From a virus (taxonomy: Duplodnaviria > Caudoviricetes): 64,000 nucleotides of DNA. Position 1 is the first letter of the stretch. Each line of letters begins with the position of its first letter. The position numbers and the translations under genes were made by a program. Below the pieces are notes generated by a model. The model was not told the origin of the DNA and searched no databases. It saw nothing but the letters and a program-made list of their open reading frames with translations. Below are positions 1 to 9,432 of this stretch, in pieces. The DNA is taken from the IMG/VR virus record IMGVR_UViG_3300028832_000118, positions 25,581 to 89,580 of that record; one strand, given 5' to 3'.

Positions 1-155
1 GCGGTTTCAACACTCATAAAATTCCAAGGTGTCTTTCCGTTTTCCTTAACCCCTCTTAAACCGCAAAATTCACAGCCAAGGTTACACCCCTCAGTAGGTT
101 CAACCTGAATAGAAAATGGAGGCTGCTGTTTGTAGCCATTTAGAAAATCTTTCAT
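1..155 (-). CDS. Radical SAM enzyme, N-terminal part (truncated by the window edge; absent from the ORF track)
   Basis: Manual translation from the ATG at 155 gives MKDFLNGYKQQPPFSIQVEPTEGCNLGCEFCGLRGVKENGKTPWNFMSVETA..., with the canonical CxxxCxxC [4Fe-4S] motif preceded by IQVEPT. Confidence 0.85.
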   Translation of the reverse strand, partial: MKDFLNGYKQQPPFSIQVEPTEGCNLGCEFCGLRGVKENGKTPWNFMSVET

Positions 156-177
156 AATCTTACTTTTTTATTTACGT

Positions 178-1116
178 TTATCCTTTACTAACTTTGATGT
201 TCAATTTAACTCCCTGCAACTTCTTGTTTTTCGGTACATATTTTTTCAGCTTCGTGAAAGAGCGTGTTTCGCTATCCCAATCGGCATTAGGCTTTTTGTA
301 ATTGATAGTGCATCTGCAATAAGGATGGGTGGGTGAAATAGTTGGCAACCAATCATCCTTCTTCCTGCCTATATTGTTGCCATTAGCTATTATGTCTTTT
401 AGCTTAAAAACTTTGGGCTCGCTTACTCCTATATCGTGCGGAGGTTCAAGATAAAGCTCCGCACATTTATCACAAGCATTTTCGTAAACGTCAAAATACA
501 CTTCCGCATCTTTGCCGTATTTTTTCAATATGCTTTGTGCCCTGCCTGAATTAAACGCTTCATGCGTAAGATAATAGGCAATACGCAACCAATCCACCTC
601 CCAATCCTTGCTGGTCTTGACAAGTTGAGAGGCTAACTGCCTCGCTCCTTGTCGGTTTTGTATAGCCTGAACTGTTTTTTGCTTTATTACCTGCGCAACC
701 ACTGCCGCCTGCTGCTGATTATTTCGCAATAACGAATTTTGAAGGCTGTTACGCATCCTTGCACCTAAATTAGTTATATCGGTATAGGCACGCTGTTTTA
801 CAGTCTGTAAGGCGAAATTTTCAGCCTCCGTTAATGGGACAAAGCCGCCTGAAGCTAAAAACTTTTTGAACTGCGAATAAGTCATATTTTTTGCCCTCGC
901 ATCGTTAAGGGCTTCAGACAATAAGCCAAAAAGAAAAGCGTGTTCAATCACGCCATTCTTATTCTTAAATTTATTTACATCTATCCCAGCGGCTAAAAGC
1001 AACGCTTTATCCTGCTGCGTCAGGAAATCTGCTCCAAGTTGATTAAAGATAAAGTAAATTTCATAACGCTTCAGGATTGATAAGGTGTCCTGTATTTGTG
1101 CAAAGGTAAAAATCAT
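178..1116 (-). CDS. Phage head morphogenesis protein (MuF / SPP1 gp7-like)
   Basis: C-terminal CxxC...HPYCRC motif typical of MuF domains; lies in the structural region. Confidence 0.75.
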   Translation of the reverse strand: MIFTFAQIQDTLSILKRYEIYFIFNQLGADFLTQQDKALLLAAGIDVNKFKNKNGVIEHAFLFGLLSEALNDARAKNMTYSQFKKFLASGGFVPLTEAENFALQTVKQRAYTDITNLGARMRNSLQNSLLRNNQQQAAVVAQVIKQKTVQAIQNRQGARQLASQLVKTSKDWEVDWLRIAYYLTHEAFNSGRAQSILKKYGKDAEVYFDVYENACDKCAELYLEPPHDIGVSEPKVFKLKDIIANGNNIGRKKDDWLPTISPTHPYCRCTINYKKPNADWDSETRSFTKLKKYVPKNKKLQGVKLNIKVSKG

Positions 1117-1118
1117 AA

Positions 1119-2534
1119 TTAAAAATAGTTTTCAATACAACTATTCAACTTCTCAAAACCATCATACTTTTTGTATTTATTGATATTCAGACCATCAACT
1201 ATTGTTTCCCAACCATTAGTAGTAATTTTCAAATCGGGATTTTTCTCAACAAATTCAGCGGCTGCCTGCTTAATTGCTTCAATTTTTTTCTTGCTATCTT
1301 CATCATCTAATAATCCACCTTGGTCTGCTTCAAGCGCGGCAATAACATCCTTTTGTGCGTCATCCTTTCTCTTTCTCAATTCTTTTTCAAATTTAAGCTC
1401 CTCCCTTTCTTCATCTTCATCGCCAGTGTATTCTTGTAACACTTCAAAATATTCTTCCAAAGAATTTTTCAAATCATCCAACCCATTACATTTTCCATAA
1501 ATATTAACAAACTCATCATTTTCTAATTCAATCAAATCTTCGGCAACATCAGCATCAATCTTAAAATGAGGATTATTTTTTGCAAAATCTGAAACAGACT
1601 TTCTGAGTTTTTTCAATGCGTTTATTCCCCTTTTTGTTGTGATAAAATCTCCACCATTCCCCTCTCCGTAATTTTTTACAGCAGACATAATATTCAATGA
1701 ATTTTTAGGGACATTTTCTTTTATTTCGTGTATTTTATTCACTGCATCAATGGCAGAAAAATCTCCCCTCCTTTTCAATTCATACGCTGCTGATGCAGTA
1801 TCAATTGAAAAATTGTAAGGACTTTTAACCTCTGACCTTAATTCTTTGGTGCTTTTATCCTTATAATATTCATCAGCATTTTTCTTCACTGATTCAATAA
1901 AACTCTTATCCTTTAATGCTTTCTTTGGTAATGTGCTTGTATCCCAACTCAATGCCATCCTTATGAATTCATCGTCATTCATATTAGCATATTTATTATT
2001 TGAGCCATCACCACCATTATCTCCGCCACCGCTACTACCTTTATTACCATCTTCTTTCAACCAACCTATTTTCTTGGCTGTCTCTTCTGAAATTCTTTTG
2101 CCTACATTAGCAATATTTTTACCATCGTAATAAAAATCCAAAGTTTTTTCACTTCCATTAAAATCAGATTTTATCTCAATCTTATTTATATCATTAAAAC
2201 CATTATCTTTTGCAAATTTCAAAACCTTATTGATTTGTAACTTTTCATCATCACTCATCTTGTCGTAAATACCTGCCTTTGGATTAGCATCGTGATTTTG
2301 TTTGCTTCCACCTTTCTGTTCATCATTCTGCTTCTTTGAACGAGGCTGCCCAGCGGTAGGCTGCTCCTGCTTGCTCCCTCCGTAATGCTGCCCTACACGA
2401 TTTAATTTGCGGTTTTCAGCCGTATCTGCATACACACCGCTACGGGCTTTCTCTATATCAATTCCAAACGATTTTTCTATGTTTTCAATCGTTGCACGTC
2501 TTTGAACATTCAATTCTTCTAAAAAGTTTTCCAT
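1119..2534 (-). CDS. KSF-leader family protein (putative internal head/ejected protein), 471 aa
   Basis: N-terminus ...QRRATIENIEKSFGIDIEKA is shared with the ORFs at 2610, 14436 and 15147; the rest is low-complexity and acidic. Confidence 0.55.
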   Translation of the reverse strand: MENFLEELNVQRRATIENIEKSFGIDIEKARSGVYADTAENRKLNRVGQHYGGSKQEQPTAGQPRSKKQNDEQKGGSKQNHDANPKAGIYDKMSDDEKLQINKVLKFAKDNGFNDINKIEIKSDFNGSEKTLDFYYDGKNIANVGKRISEETAKKIGWLKEDGNKGSSGGGDNGGDGSNNKYANMNDDEFIRMALSWDTSTLPKKALKDKSFIESVKKNADEYYKDKSTKELRSEVKSPYNFSIDTASAAYELKRRGDFSAIDAVNKIHEIKENVPKNSLNIMSAVKNYGEGNGGDFITTKRGINALKKLRKSVSDFAKNNPHFKIDADVAEDLIELENDEFVNIYGKCNGLDDLKNSLEEYFEVLQEYTGDEDEEREELKFEKELRKRKDDAQKDVIAALEADQGGLLDDEDSKKKIEAIKQAAAEFVEKNPDLKITTNGWETIVDGLNINKYKKYDGFEKLNSCIENYF

Positions 2535-2558
2535 AATTATTATATATTTTATGTTGTT

Positions 2559-2570
2559 AATAACTCTGTT
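2559..2570 (-). promoter_or_regulatory. Phage promoter motif copy (AACAGAGTTATT)
   Basis: Intergenic, about 25 bp upstream of the ATG at 2534; GTTATT core recurs in about 13 intergenic sites. Confidence 0.5.
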
Positions 2571-2609
2571 ATATTACAAACGCATTTTTTTCATTAATAT
2601 ATTTTATTT

Positions 2610-3767
2610 TTAATATCCTGCTGTTTCTACGTTAGAATAAAGTACCATCTTAACATCTTCAGACGGATGAACTGTCGCTGCCGTGCCTAAATTCTTGCCT
2701 CCGTCAAAATCCTTTAATCCATTATAAAAATCACGTATATTTCGGTTGTTTTTATTATTCAGTATAAGGTGCAAACCTCCGCTGGGTGTTTCGTATTTAC
2801 AAGCTACTTTAATATTGGCAGCTTTAAGCCTTCTTTCAGTTTCATCCCATACGTTTACTGTCTTACCATTCGTCATCTTCGCCTGAGTATCTCTCGTGGC
2901 GTCTATATCAAGAAGCACTTTGAAACGCTCGTTTTTCCAAGCTGCACCGCTCTTTGGCATACCATACAAAATCGCTTCTGCATTCTTGACTCTTGGGTCA
3001 TTCGGATTTTTGCCCTGAGTAAATTTCGGCAAATAAGCCTCAGTTTGACTCTGACTACGGGTATTGATGCTCATATACGCACGGGCATTATTGTATTGAC
3101 ACAACTTTACAATATGATTTTTCAATGCCTGCAATTCATCGTAAGAATGAACCAAGTAGTGTTGCAGATACTGAGCCCCTGCGTGATAGCTTCCGTCAGC
3201 CCGTGCGCCAGCCTTCCACGCATCGGCATTAGGTTTATCCTTGTTGTCTTTCCATCGTTTGATAATCTGAATAAAGTAAACATCGTCAGGAGAATTAAAC
3301 TCCATATAGTCTTTTACCATATCAAAATTATCAACTACCATATTAGATTGGTAGCAAACACCATCTTTCTCTAACTCGGATGAGGTGATAACATCGCCAT
3401 AAATACTCTGCCCCGTATCTTGATTGTCGTAATGCAGTCGCCAATTTCCATTCGGGGTGCGTTTCAGCATCATCTTATTTTTATCAGTGTAATTTTTATC
3501 AATGCTGGTATAAATGCTATTCAGACAAGCCATCCCGTGCTTACCATTTACACCCTTTCCAACAACTACGTTTTTAGGACTAAAAACGTGCCAATCAAAT
3601 TTTCCAGGGGCATACTCAGTCCAAACATAGGCTTTACCTTCCCAAATAGTAATATCGCCTACCATTCTCGCTTTTTCAATATCAAGCTCATCGTCAACGC
3701 CAAACGACTTCTGCAAGTTTCGTTCAAGCACCCGTCTATGTCTTTTTAATTCTTCCAAACTATCCAT
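2610..3767 (-). CDS. KSF-leader family protein with a C-terminal AEP/primase-polymerase-like domain
   Basis: Leader ...HRRVLERNLQKSFGVDDELDIEKA, then the WTEYAPGKFDW module, then VLLDIDA (hhhDhD) and YETPSGGLHLIL motifs resembling PrimPol motifs I and II. Confidence 0.5.
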   Translation of the reverse strand: MDSLEELKRHRRVLERNLQKSFGVDDELDIEKARMVGDITIWEGKAYVWTEYAPGKFDWHVFSPKNVVVGKGVNGKHGMACLNSIYTSIDKNYTDKNKMMLKRTPNGNWRLHYDNQDTGQSIYGDVITSSELEKDGVCYQSNMVVDNFDMVKDYMEFNSPDDVYFIQIIKRWKDNKDKPNADAWKAGARADGSYHAGAQYLQHYLVHSYDELQALKNHIVKLCQYNNARAYMSINTRSQSQTEAYLPKFTQGKNPNDPRVKNAEAILYGMPKSGAAWKNERFKVLLDIDATRDTQAKMTNGKTVNVWDETERRLKAANIKVACKYETPSGGLHLILNNKNNRNIRDFYNGLKDFDGGKNLGTAATVHPSEDVKMVLYSNVETAGY

Positions 3768-3936
3768 TTTTCTCTATTTCTTTATTTTCGTCAACAACTA
3801 ATTTTGCTATAAACTCAACGACAGTAACAAGAGCTTCAGAGGTATTTTTATTCCACTGCCTTATAAATTCAGCCTCATACCCGTTTACTACCTTATACGG
3901 GGATTTTATGAAATGTTTATCTCTCTTTGCCGCCAT
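3760..3936 (-). CDS. Hypothetical protein, 58 aa (below the ORF-track cutoff)
   Basis: MAAKRDKHFIKSPYKVVNGYEAEFIRQWNKNTSEALVTVVEFIAKLVVDENKEIEKNG; fills the gap between its neighbours exactly. Confidence 0.55.
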   Translation of the reverse strand: MAAKRDKHFIKSPYKVVNGYEAEFIRQWNKNTSEALVTVVEFIAKLVVDENKEIEKNG

Positions 3937-3942
3937 ATCCCG

Positions 3943-4527
3943 TTAAAATTTTACACCAAAATCAATCGTATAGTTAAACTCTTTTTTCAACCTTATACCT
4001 GTTAATCCAAGCATCCACCTATCCTTGATAATAAAACCAAATTCAAGTTTCTGCGTGTTAAATATTAACGATGTACCTGCGAGGGCATAAAATCCCAGCT
4101 TTTTCTTATATTCTACATAATTAGTTTCGGTTATGGTCTTAATGTAAGGGGTAATCTGAGAAGAGGCTGATATGAGCTGATTTTCGCTTACTAATAAATC
4201 AACCTTAAACTCCCCAGCGGTATCGTTAGAAAAATCAAGATTGTATTTACGCTCGCAATAGTAGTCATCCAGCAGCTCCGTAACTTTTATCGTATCTCTT
4301 ATTATCTCAATATAGTTTACAGTGTCTTTTTTTACGATTTCATAGGGTTTCGGCTTATAAATAGTATCTCTTATCGTTTCTCCCTTTATCCAGCGTATTT
4401 CGGTTGTTTTTTTAACTATCTTTGATTCAAAATTCTTTTTGCTAAAATACCATCCTGCTGCAAAGCTCCCGCCAAGCAGCAGAATTGCTAAACCTACATA
4501 CACCCAAACCTTATTACTTTTTTTCAT
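3943..4527 (-). CDS. Membrane-anchored protein, possible Rz/i-spanin-like lysis accessory
   Basis: Single N-terminal TM helix followed by DTI/DTV repeats; adjacent to the holin-like gene. Confidence 0.4.
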   Translation of the reverse strand: MKKSNKVWVYVGLAILLLGGSFAAGWYFSKKNFESKIVKKTTEIRWIKGETIRDTIYKPKPYEIVKKDTVNYIEIIRDTIKVTELLDDYYCERKYNLDFSNDTAGEFKVDLLVSENQLISASSQITPYIKTITETNYVEYKKKLGFYALAGTSLIFNTQKLEFGFIIKDRWMLGLTGIRLKKEFNYTIDFGVKF

Positions 4528-5002
4528 CTGAACCTACAATTTTGCGCTCATATTTAGATAACATAAACTCTAATTTAGTGATGCGTGATTTATACTCCTG
4601 CTCTTTGCGCTCGCTCTCCCGTTCAAATTCCCTATATTGATTTAACAATGCATCATATCTTTGCCGCTCGCTATCCCTCTGAGTTTCATAATCGGTGCGC
4701 ATCTGATTGATTTCAGAGCGAAAATTTTTAACCATTTCAATATTCGTTCTGCGCTCCTCTTCATAATCCTTATCCAATTTATCATATCTCTCCTTCCACC
4801 AATTATCACGGGAGTCAAGCTCACCCTGAAGTGTGTCGTATCTCTGCTTCCAAAAATTATCCCCCTTCAAATCCGCATCGGCTTTGAGGCTTCGGACTTC
4901 TTGGTCAAACTTCTTTTTTGTTAAAAAGTGGACTATAACTCCATAGGCTATACCACCTGAACCAAATACTAATGAGAAAATTTGAAGCCAATTACTTTCC
5001 AT
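4514..5002 (-). CDS. Putative holin-like membrane protein (TM plus coiled coil)
   Basis: N-terminal hydrophobic LQIFSLVFGSGGIAYGVIVHFL followed by a long charged coiled coil. Confidence 0.4.
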   Translation of the reverse strand: MESNWLQIFSLVFGSGGIAYGVIVHFLTKKKFDQEVRSLKADADLKGDNFWKQRYDTLQGELDSRDNWWKERYDKLDKDYEEERRTNIEMVKNFRSEINQMRTDYETQRDSERQRYDALLNQYREFERESERKEQEYKSRITKLEFMLSKYERKIVGSDEKK

Positions 5003-5504
5003 CGCTTTTATTTATTTTATCTATTAAATTAGTAATATCTGTAATTTTCTGTCGGTAATTGTTACGCTCTGTAATTATCTTGTCAGCATCCTTTTGAATA
5101 GAGGTAACATCTTCACCCATTATAACTCTTTCGCAAAAAGCAATTATTTTATCATCGCTCTCTTTTATCTTTTGCTCAATCTCTGCAATTTTATTCTGCA
5201 TCGTGGAGACATTAGTATTATCCTTAATTTCCCAAGTGTTAATAATCTTACCATCCTTTAATTCATATTTAGGTACAAAGGATGTAAATTCTCCATATTG
5301 TGTTTTATCAATAGGAGTGAAATCAAATTCCTTGTATATCTCGGATAATTCATTCAAGGCTTGCTGATAAGCATCTTCAGAAGTAATTTCACTTCCCTCT
5401 TTTGCTTTTTTTACAATTTCGCCTGCTCTATAACTAACTAAATTTTGGAATTTTTCATCCGTAATAATGTCTATTGAATAACTGCTAAAAAATTGCGCTT
5501 TCAT
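4992..5504 (-). CDS. Hypothetical protein, possibly tail-fibre associated
   Basis: 170 aa ORF directly downstream of the 617 aa fibre-like gene. Confidence 0.4.
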   Translation of the reverse strand: MKAQFFSSYSIDIITDEKFQNLVSYRAGEIVKKAKEGSEITSEDAYQQALNELSEIYKEFDFTPIDKTQYGEFTSFVPKYELKDGKIINTWEIKDNTNVSTMQNKIAEIEQKIKESDDKIIAFCERVIMGEDVTSIQKDADKIITERNNYRQKITDITNLIDKINKSDGK

Positions 5505-5508
5505 AATA

Positions 5509-7362
5509 TTATCCTATATTTTTAATGTACCAAACTGTGCCGTTATTGTATCTCTTATTAGTAGCCACTATCATATATAAAACACCATTAGATAATTGAT
5601 ATGTTTGTAAATATGAGGGGGTAGGAGAAACAAAATTATCTACTATATAGCCTCCATTAGATTGAAGGGTTGGAGGTGTGTTTGTTTCGGTAACTATCAA
5701 AAAAATTACCCTGCCGCCCGTGCCTTGTTTATATTGTGATGGCAAATATATATCACCATTACTGATGATATTACTTGGGTCGCTAATATGAACGAATGTT
5801 TCATCGCCTATCATATAAATAGACAAATTAGGCAATACAAAAGTTGTCTTTAATGACAGCATGTCTGCTCTTAAATCTTGGAAGAAAGCATCGTAAATAT
5901 CTATATTATTTGTGTAAATAGTAGCCCATTCTGTTAATGTTTGCGGCTTTTCTAAACGTGCTGAAATTGCAGCTGAGATTTCACCCACAAGTGCCGAATG
6001 TTGTTTACAAAGAGCAGCAACACCTGATTTAATATTCCTGCCATAAGTACCAGTAGCATTATTTGTTAGAGCCCCTTTATATACAAAAGAACTCGCTCGG
6101 TCAAAAATATATGCGCCTTCATTATTAGAATTAATTGTAATAAATCCAGGAAATAATGAAGTTGAATCTTTTATCATAATAGTACCTTCACCCAAACCCA
6201 AAGTAGTAATACCGCTTTTAGAGGTTACAACGCCATTTTCAATATCTCCAATCTGATTCAACTTACCCTGCAATTTTCCAAAGGCTAAATCAAAGTTGTC
6301 CAAAGCAGCTAAATTGTTTATATGCTGCGTATAGTCTTCAGGATGCCAACCAGCGGATAAACAACCTATTGAACTAAAATGCTGCATAATGTATTGCAAC
6401 TTTTGCAGAGCCGTTTGAATAGTATCGTTATTATTTATCCATCCGTGATTATAATTATTATCCCAAGTTGGGTCAATGTCTATTCCCTTTGCGGTCTTAA
6501 AATTATTTATCCACCTTTGCGTTTTATTGACTATGGTCTGAAGCGTATCGTTTGAAATAATGTCGGATGGAGCAATATTAGTGTTTACGTTAGGCACTCG
6601 CTTGGAGTAGATATTAACGGGTGATACAGCGGTGTTTATATAAGAGGTTAATGTTGTAATGGAATTAGATACGGATGAAGCTATATTAGTTATTTGGCTT
6701 GAAAGGTTAGTTATATCCTGAATATAAGTGTCGTAAGCAACAACGCCACCTGCTATATCGTATATGTTGCTAATAGCGGTTGTTAAGTCTAAAAAGAAGC
6801 CTCCATCACTACCAAACGCCAGCGCATTATTATTATCACTGGAAAGTAGGTCGGCAAATTTTATCTTGATAAACCTCAATAAACCGCCAACCTTATCCTC
6901 TGCAAGCAGATATTGGTAAGAAGACAGGGGGGATGGATTATAAGGCTGGAAATCAAAATTTAGCGTGCCTGCATTAAATATGCCGTGTAAGTTATCAATA
7001 GTCAGATTATTAGTTGTTACAATATATTGCTTGCTATTGCCCAAATCATCTAACACAATATTGCCCGTTATATCGGTATATTGCACGATGGTAGCGGTTA
7101 GGGCAATCGCCATCAGGTTTCCCAAATCGGTAATCTTAAACCACTGCCCAATCGTCAGACTATTCTGAGCTAAAATAACCAAGTTTGCATACGTAATGGA
7201 TATTACGATATTTTGGTCAAGCACTACCCACTGACTTGAACCGAAATCGTAAACCTTATGCAAGTTTACACCTGGCGTATTATCAAACCAAATTAAATTA
7301 GTGTTAGTTGGGGCGGTGCTGCCTATATGCAAGCCCGCCACCTGACCTAAATTCAAAGCCAT
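5509..7362 (-). CDS. Putative tail fibre / tail structural protein
   Basis: 617 aa, rich in N/T/I/G; IGxTAPxNTxLIWFD N-terminal motif; repeated DTIQxALxKLQ segments. Confidence 0.5.
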   Translation of the reverse strand: MALNLGQVAGLHIGSTAPTNTNLIWFDNTPGVNLHKVYDFGSSQWVVLDQNIVISITYANLVILAQNSLTIGQWFKITDLGNLMAIALTATIVQYTDITGNIVLDDLGNSKQYIVTTNNLTIDNLHGIFNAGTLNFDFQPYNPSPLSSYQYLLAEDKVGGLLRFIKIKFADLLSSDNNNALAFGSDGGFFLDLTTAISNIYDIAGGVVAYDTYIQDITNLSSQITNIASSVSNSITTLTSYINTAVSPVNIYSKRVPNVNTNIAPSDIISNDTLQTIVNKTQRWINNFKTAKGIDIDPTWDNNYNHGWINNNDTIQTALQKLQYIMQHFSSIGCLSAGWHPEDYTQHINNLAALDNFDLAFGKLQGKLNQIGDIENGVVTSKSGITTLGLGEGTIMIKDSTSLFPGFITINSNNEGAYIFDRASSFVYKGALTNNATGTYGRNIKSGVAALCKQHSALVGEISAAISARLEKPQTLTEWATIYTNNIDIYDAFFQDLRADMLSLKTTFVLPNLSIYMIGDETFVHISDPSNIISNGDIYLPSQYKQGTGGRVIFLIVTETNTPPTLQSNGGYIVDNFVSPTPSYLQTYQLSNGVLYMIVATNKRYNNGTVWYIKNIG

Positions 7363-7374
7363 TTTTATAAGGTT

Positions 7375-7632
7375 TTAACGTGAATAATTATAACTCGTTC
7401 TTTGGCTCCAAGCAAATTTGAATTCCATAGAGCCTTCAGCGTACTCACGTTTGGTGACATTCCCCGTAACGCTTTCACGCATAATTCTCCATCCTTCATC
7501 CCCCTCGCCTACTCCAAGAGGAGCCCAACCATAATATTTAACAGATGCAGAAACGACATCTTCAAAAGGTGCTGGCAGATATTCTTCAAAAGTTTTTACC
7601 AGCGGTGCTGCAATTTCATTCATTGTATTCAT
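7375..7632 (-). CDS. Small virion-associated protein, 85 aa
   Basis: YxGWA...WRIxR...AW...R...Y pattern that I recall from small phage structural proteins; overlaps the portal stop codon. Confidence 0.45.
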   Translation of the reverse strand: MNTMNEIAAPLVKTFEEYLPAPFEDVVSASVKYYGWAPLGVGEGDEGWRIMRESVTGNVTKREYAEGSMEFKFAWSQRTSYNYSR

Positions 7633-9368
7633 TTTACATTATTTTTTAGAAAGTTATCAAATGCTTTTACTAATTCATCATCCTCTGCTTTTTCTTCATC
7701 CTCTCCATCCTCCTCATATTCACCTAAATCGTCAAAGGGGTTGTAGTCGCCTCCATCTTCGGTTTCCTCTCCCCCTTCTCCAACAAAGGGATTATCATAA
7801 CCACCTTCATCTTCGCCTCCCCCCATCATACCGCCTCCCTGCTGCTGGGCAAAAGCTGCCTGACTCTTTGCCTGCATATAGGTTGGGTTACTCGGTATAT
7901 CACCAAACTCCAGCGGCTCTAAATCGTATTTTTCACGCAATTCGTTTATGGTCATAAATGATTGACCCTTCTTTATATCTATATCAAGTTCTTCACTAAT
8001 AGTTAATCCGTTAAGCCCAACAAAACAAAATTCAAATTCGGGGTTTATCTGCTCTACAATATAGCGGTTAATTTTCTTTTGTATAAATTTCAATAACGGA
8101 TACAATCCTTTATCCTTACTATGTTTCAGTCGCTGCTCCTGACTGCTCTCAAACATTCCCGTGCTGCCTGCTGAGCGTGCAATATCCCATCCTATCTCGG
8201 TTGGGTCAATAGCGTAAATTGAGCAAGCTAATTTTATCAGATACTCTAACCAAGCGTTGTACTCCATATCTCGGTTAGATTTTTGCATATCAATCCAATC
8301 AACGTCAGCTTCTACTACGGGTGTTTTCCAAGCCTGCATAACTCCCGTAATCATTGACTGCCACTGCTGACGGAATTGCTGTAACGCTGATTCATTATTC
8401 GTACCCTTGACTCTCAAAAATCCCTTCGGGGCTGAACCTTGTGAAAAGAAGCGTCTATTGTATTCATCGCTCCACAACATACTCGTTACTACGTTTATCA
8501 GCTCTTCCAGCTCTGAGCATCCGTACCCGTTAGAATGAATATTAGAGCTTGGGTTTCTGATACCAAAGCAAAGCTCCCAGGGATAAAAGTCATTAACCTT
8601 TACACTCTGATAAACCTGCACATAGGAGGGATAATAACCATTTATCTTTTTGCCGTATTCAGCCCTATCATCCCAAACCATAGAGCCGTAACGCTTAAAA
8701 AATTCATTCTTGTAATCCTCGCTGAAATATGAGTCTGCAATTCGGAAAGTAGAAGCATCCACCGCCTTAAATGAATCAATCTCACCCCTTCGGTTTCGGA
8801 TAATCTCAAAGGTCATCTGGTCGTAAATAAGTGAATCATTAGTTATCTTTCGGATAAAGGTATCAAAATCATCATTATTCCAATTGCTCGTATTTCCGCC
8901 ATTCATCAAAAAATTAGTTATAGCATCAGCAGTTTTTTCATCCTCCTTCGTCATTTTCTGCTCTTTCCCCATCTTGGGTTTCTTTCGGATAATAAAACCT
9001 GTTGAATATCTATTTTCCTGCGGCTCGGCAAAGTCAGCAATTTGATTTTTTCGTGTTTTAATAATAGCGTTAATCACGGGTACTTTGCTCATTTTCAACA
9101 GCGTGGTATAGGTGAGTGAATACGGCTTATCCTTATAACCCAAATTAGCATTAAATTGTAATGGGTCAATTAAATAAGCCTTCGTTGGTACGCTATTATT
9201 CTTATCCATTTCCTGAAGCATCTTACCAGCCCTAATAATATCATCGGGGTTGCTGCTCTTCATCGCTTTCTCAATAGTCAGCATCCGCTTCACGTCCAGC
9301 TCTGCCTGCGTTTTGGATATATTATCTAATTCCTTTGAATACGACATCTTAATATTTTTTTTACTCAT
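7629..9368 (-). CDS. Portal protein
   Basis: 579 aa; motifs DxxTFR, YGxSxLE, NxxFFxQGSAPKGFL, YxIDPxEIG; acidic C-terminal tail. Confidence 0.9.
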   Translation of the reverse strand: MSKKNIKMSYSKELDNISKTQAELDVKRMLTIEKAMKSSNPDDIIRAGKMLQEMDKNNSVPTKAYLIDPLQFNANLGYKDKPYSLTYTTLLKMSKVPVINAIIKTRKNQIADFAEPQENRYSTGFIIRKKPKMGKEQKMTKEDEKTADAITNFLMNGGNTSNWNNDDFDTFIRKITNDSLIYDQMTFEIIRNRRGEIDSFKAVDASTFRIADSYFSEDYKNEFFKRYGSMVWDDRAEYGKKINGYYPSYVQVYQSVKVNDFYPWELCFGIRNPSSNIHSNGYGCSELEELINVVTSMLWSDEYNRRFFSQGSAPKGFLRVKGTNNESALQQFRQQWQSMITGVMQAWKTPVVEADVDWIDMQKSNRDMEYNAWLEYLIKLACSIYAIDPTEIGWDIARSAGSTGMFESSQEQRLKHSKDKGLYPLLKFIQKKINRYIVEQINPEFEFCFVGLNGLTISEELDIDIKKGQSFMTINELREKYDLEPLEFGDIPSNPTYMQAKSQAAFAQQQGGGMMGGGEDEGGYDNPFVGEGGEETEDGGDYNPFDDLGEYEEDGEDEEKAEDDELVKAFDNFLKNNVK

Positions 9369-9378
9369 TATATAACTG

Positions 9379-9406
9379 AAAAAGCCGATTAACGACTAAT
9401 CGGCTT
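9379..9406 (-). terminator. Rho-independent terminator after dam
   Basis: 9-bp stem AAGCCGATT/AATCGGCTT followed by a T run on the minus strand. Confidence 0.75.
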
Positions 9407-9432
9407 GTATGATTGTAAAAAGTATGAGTTGA

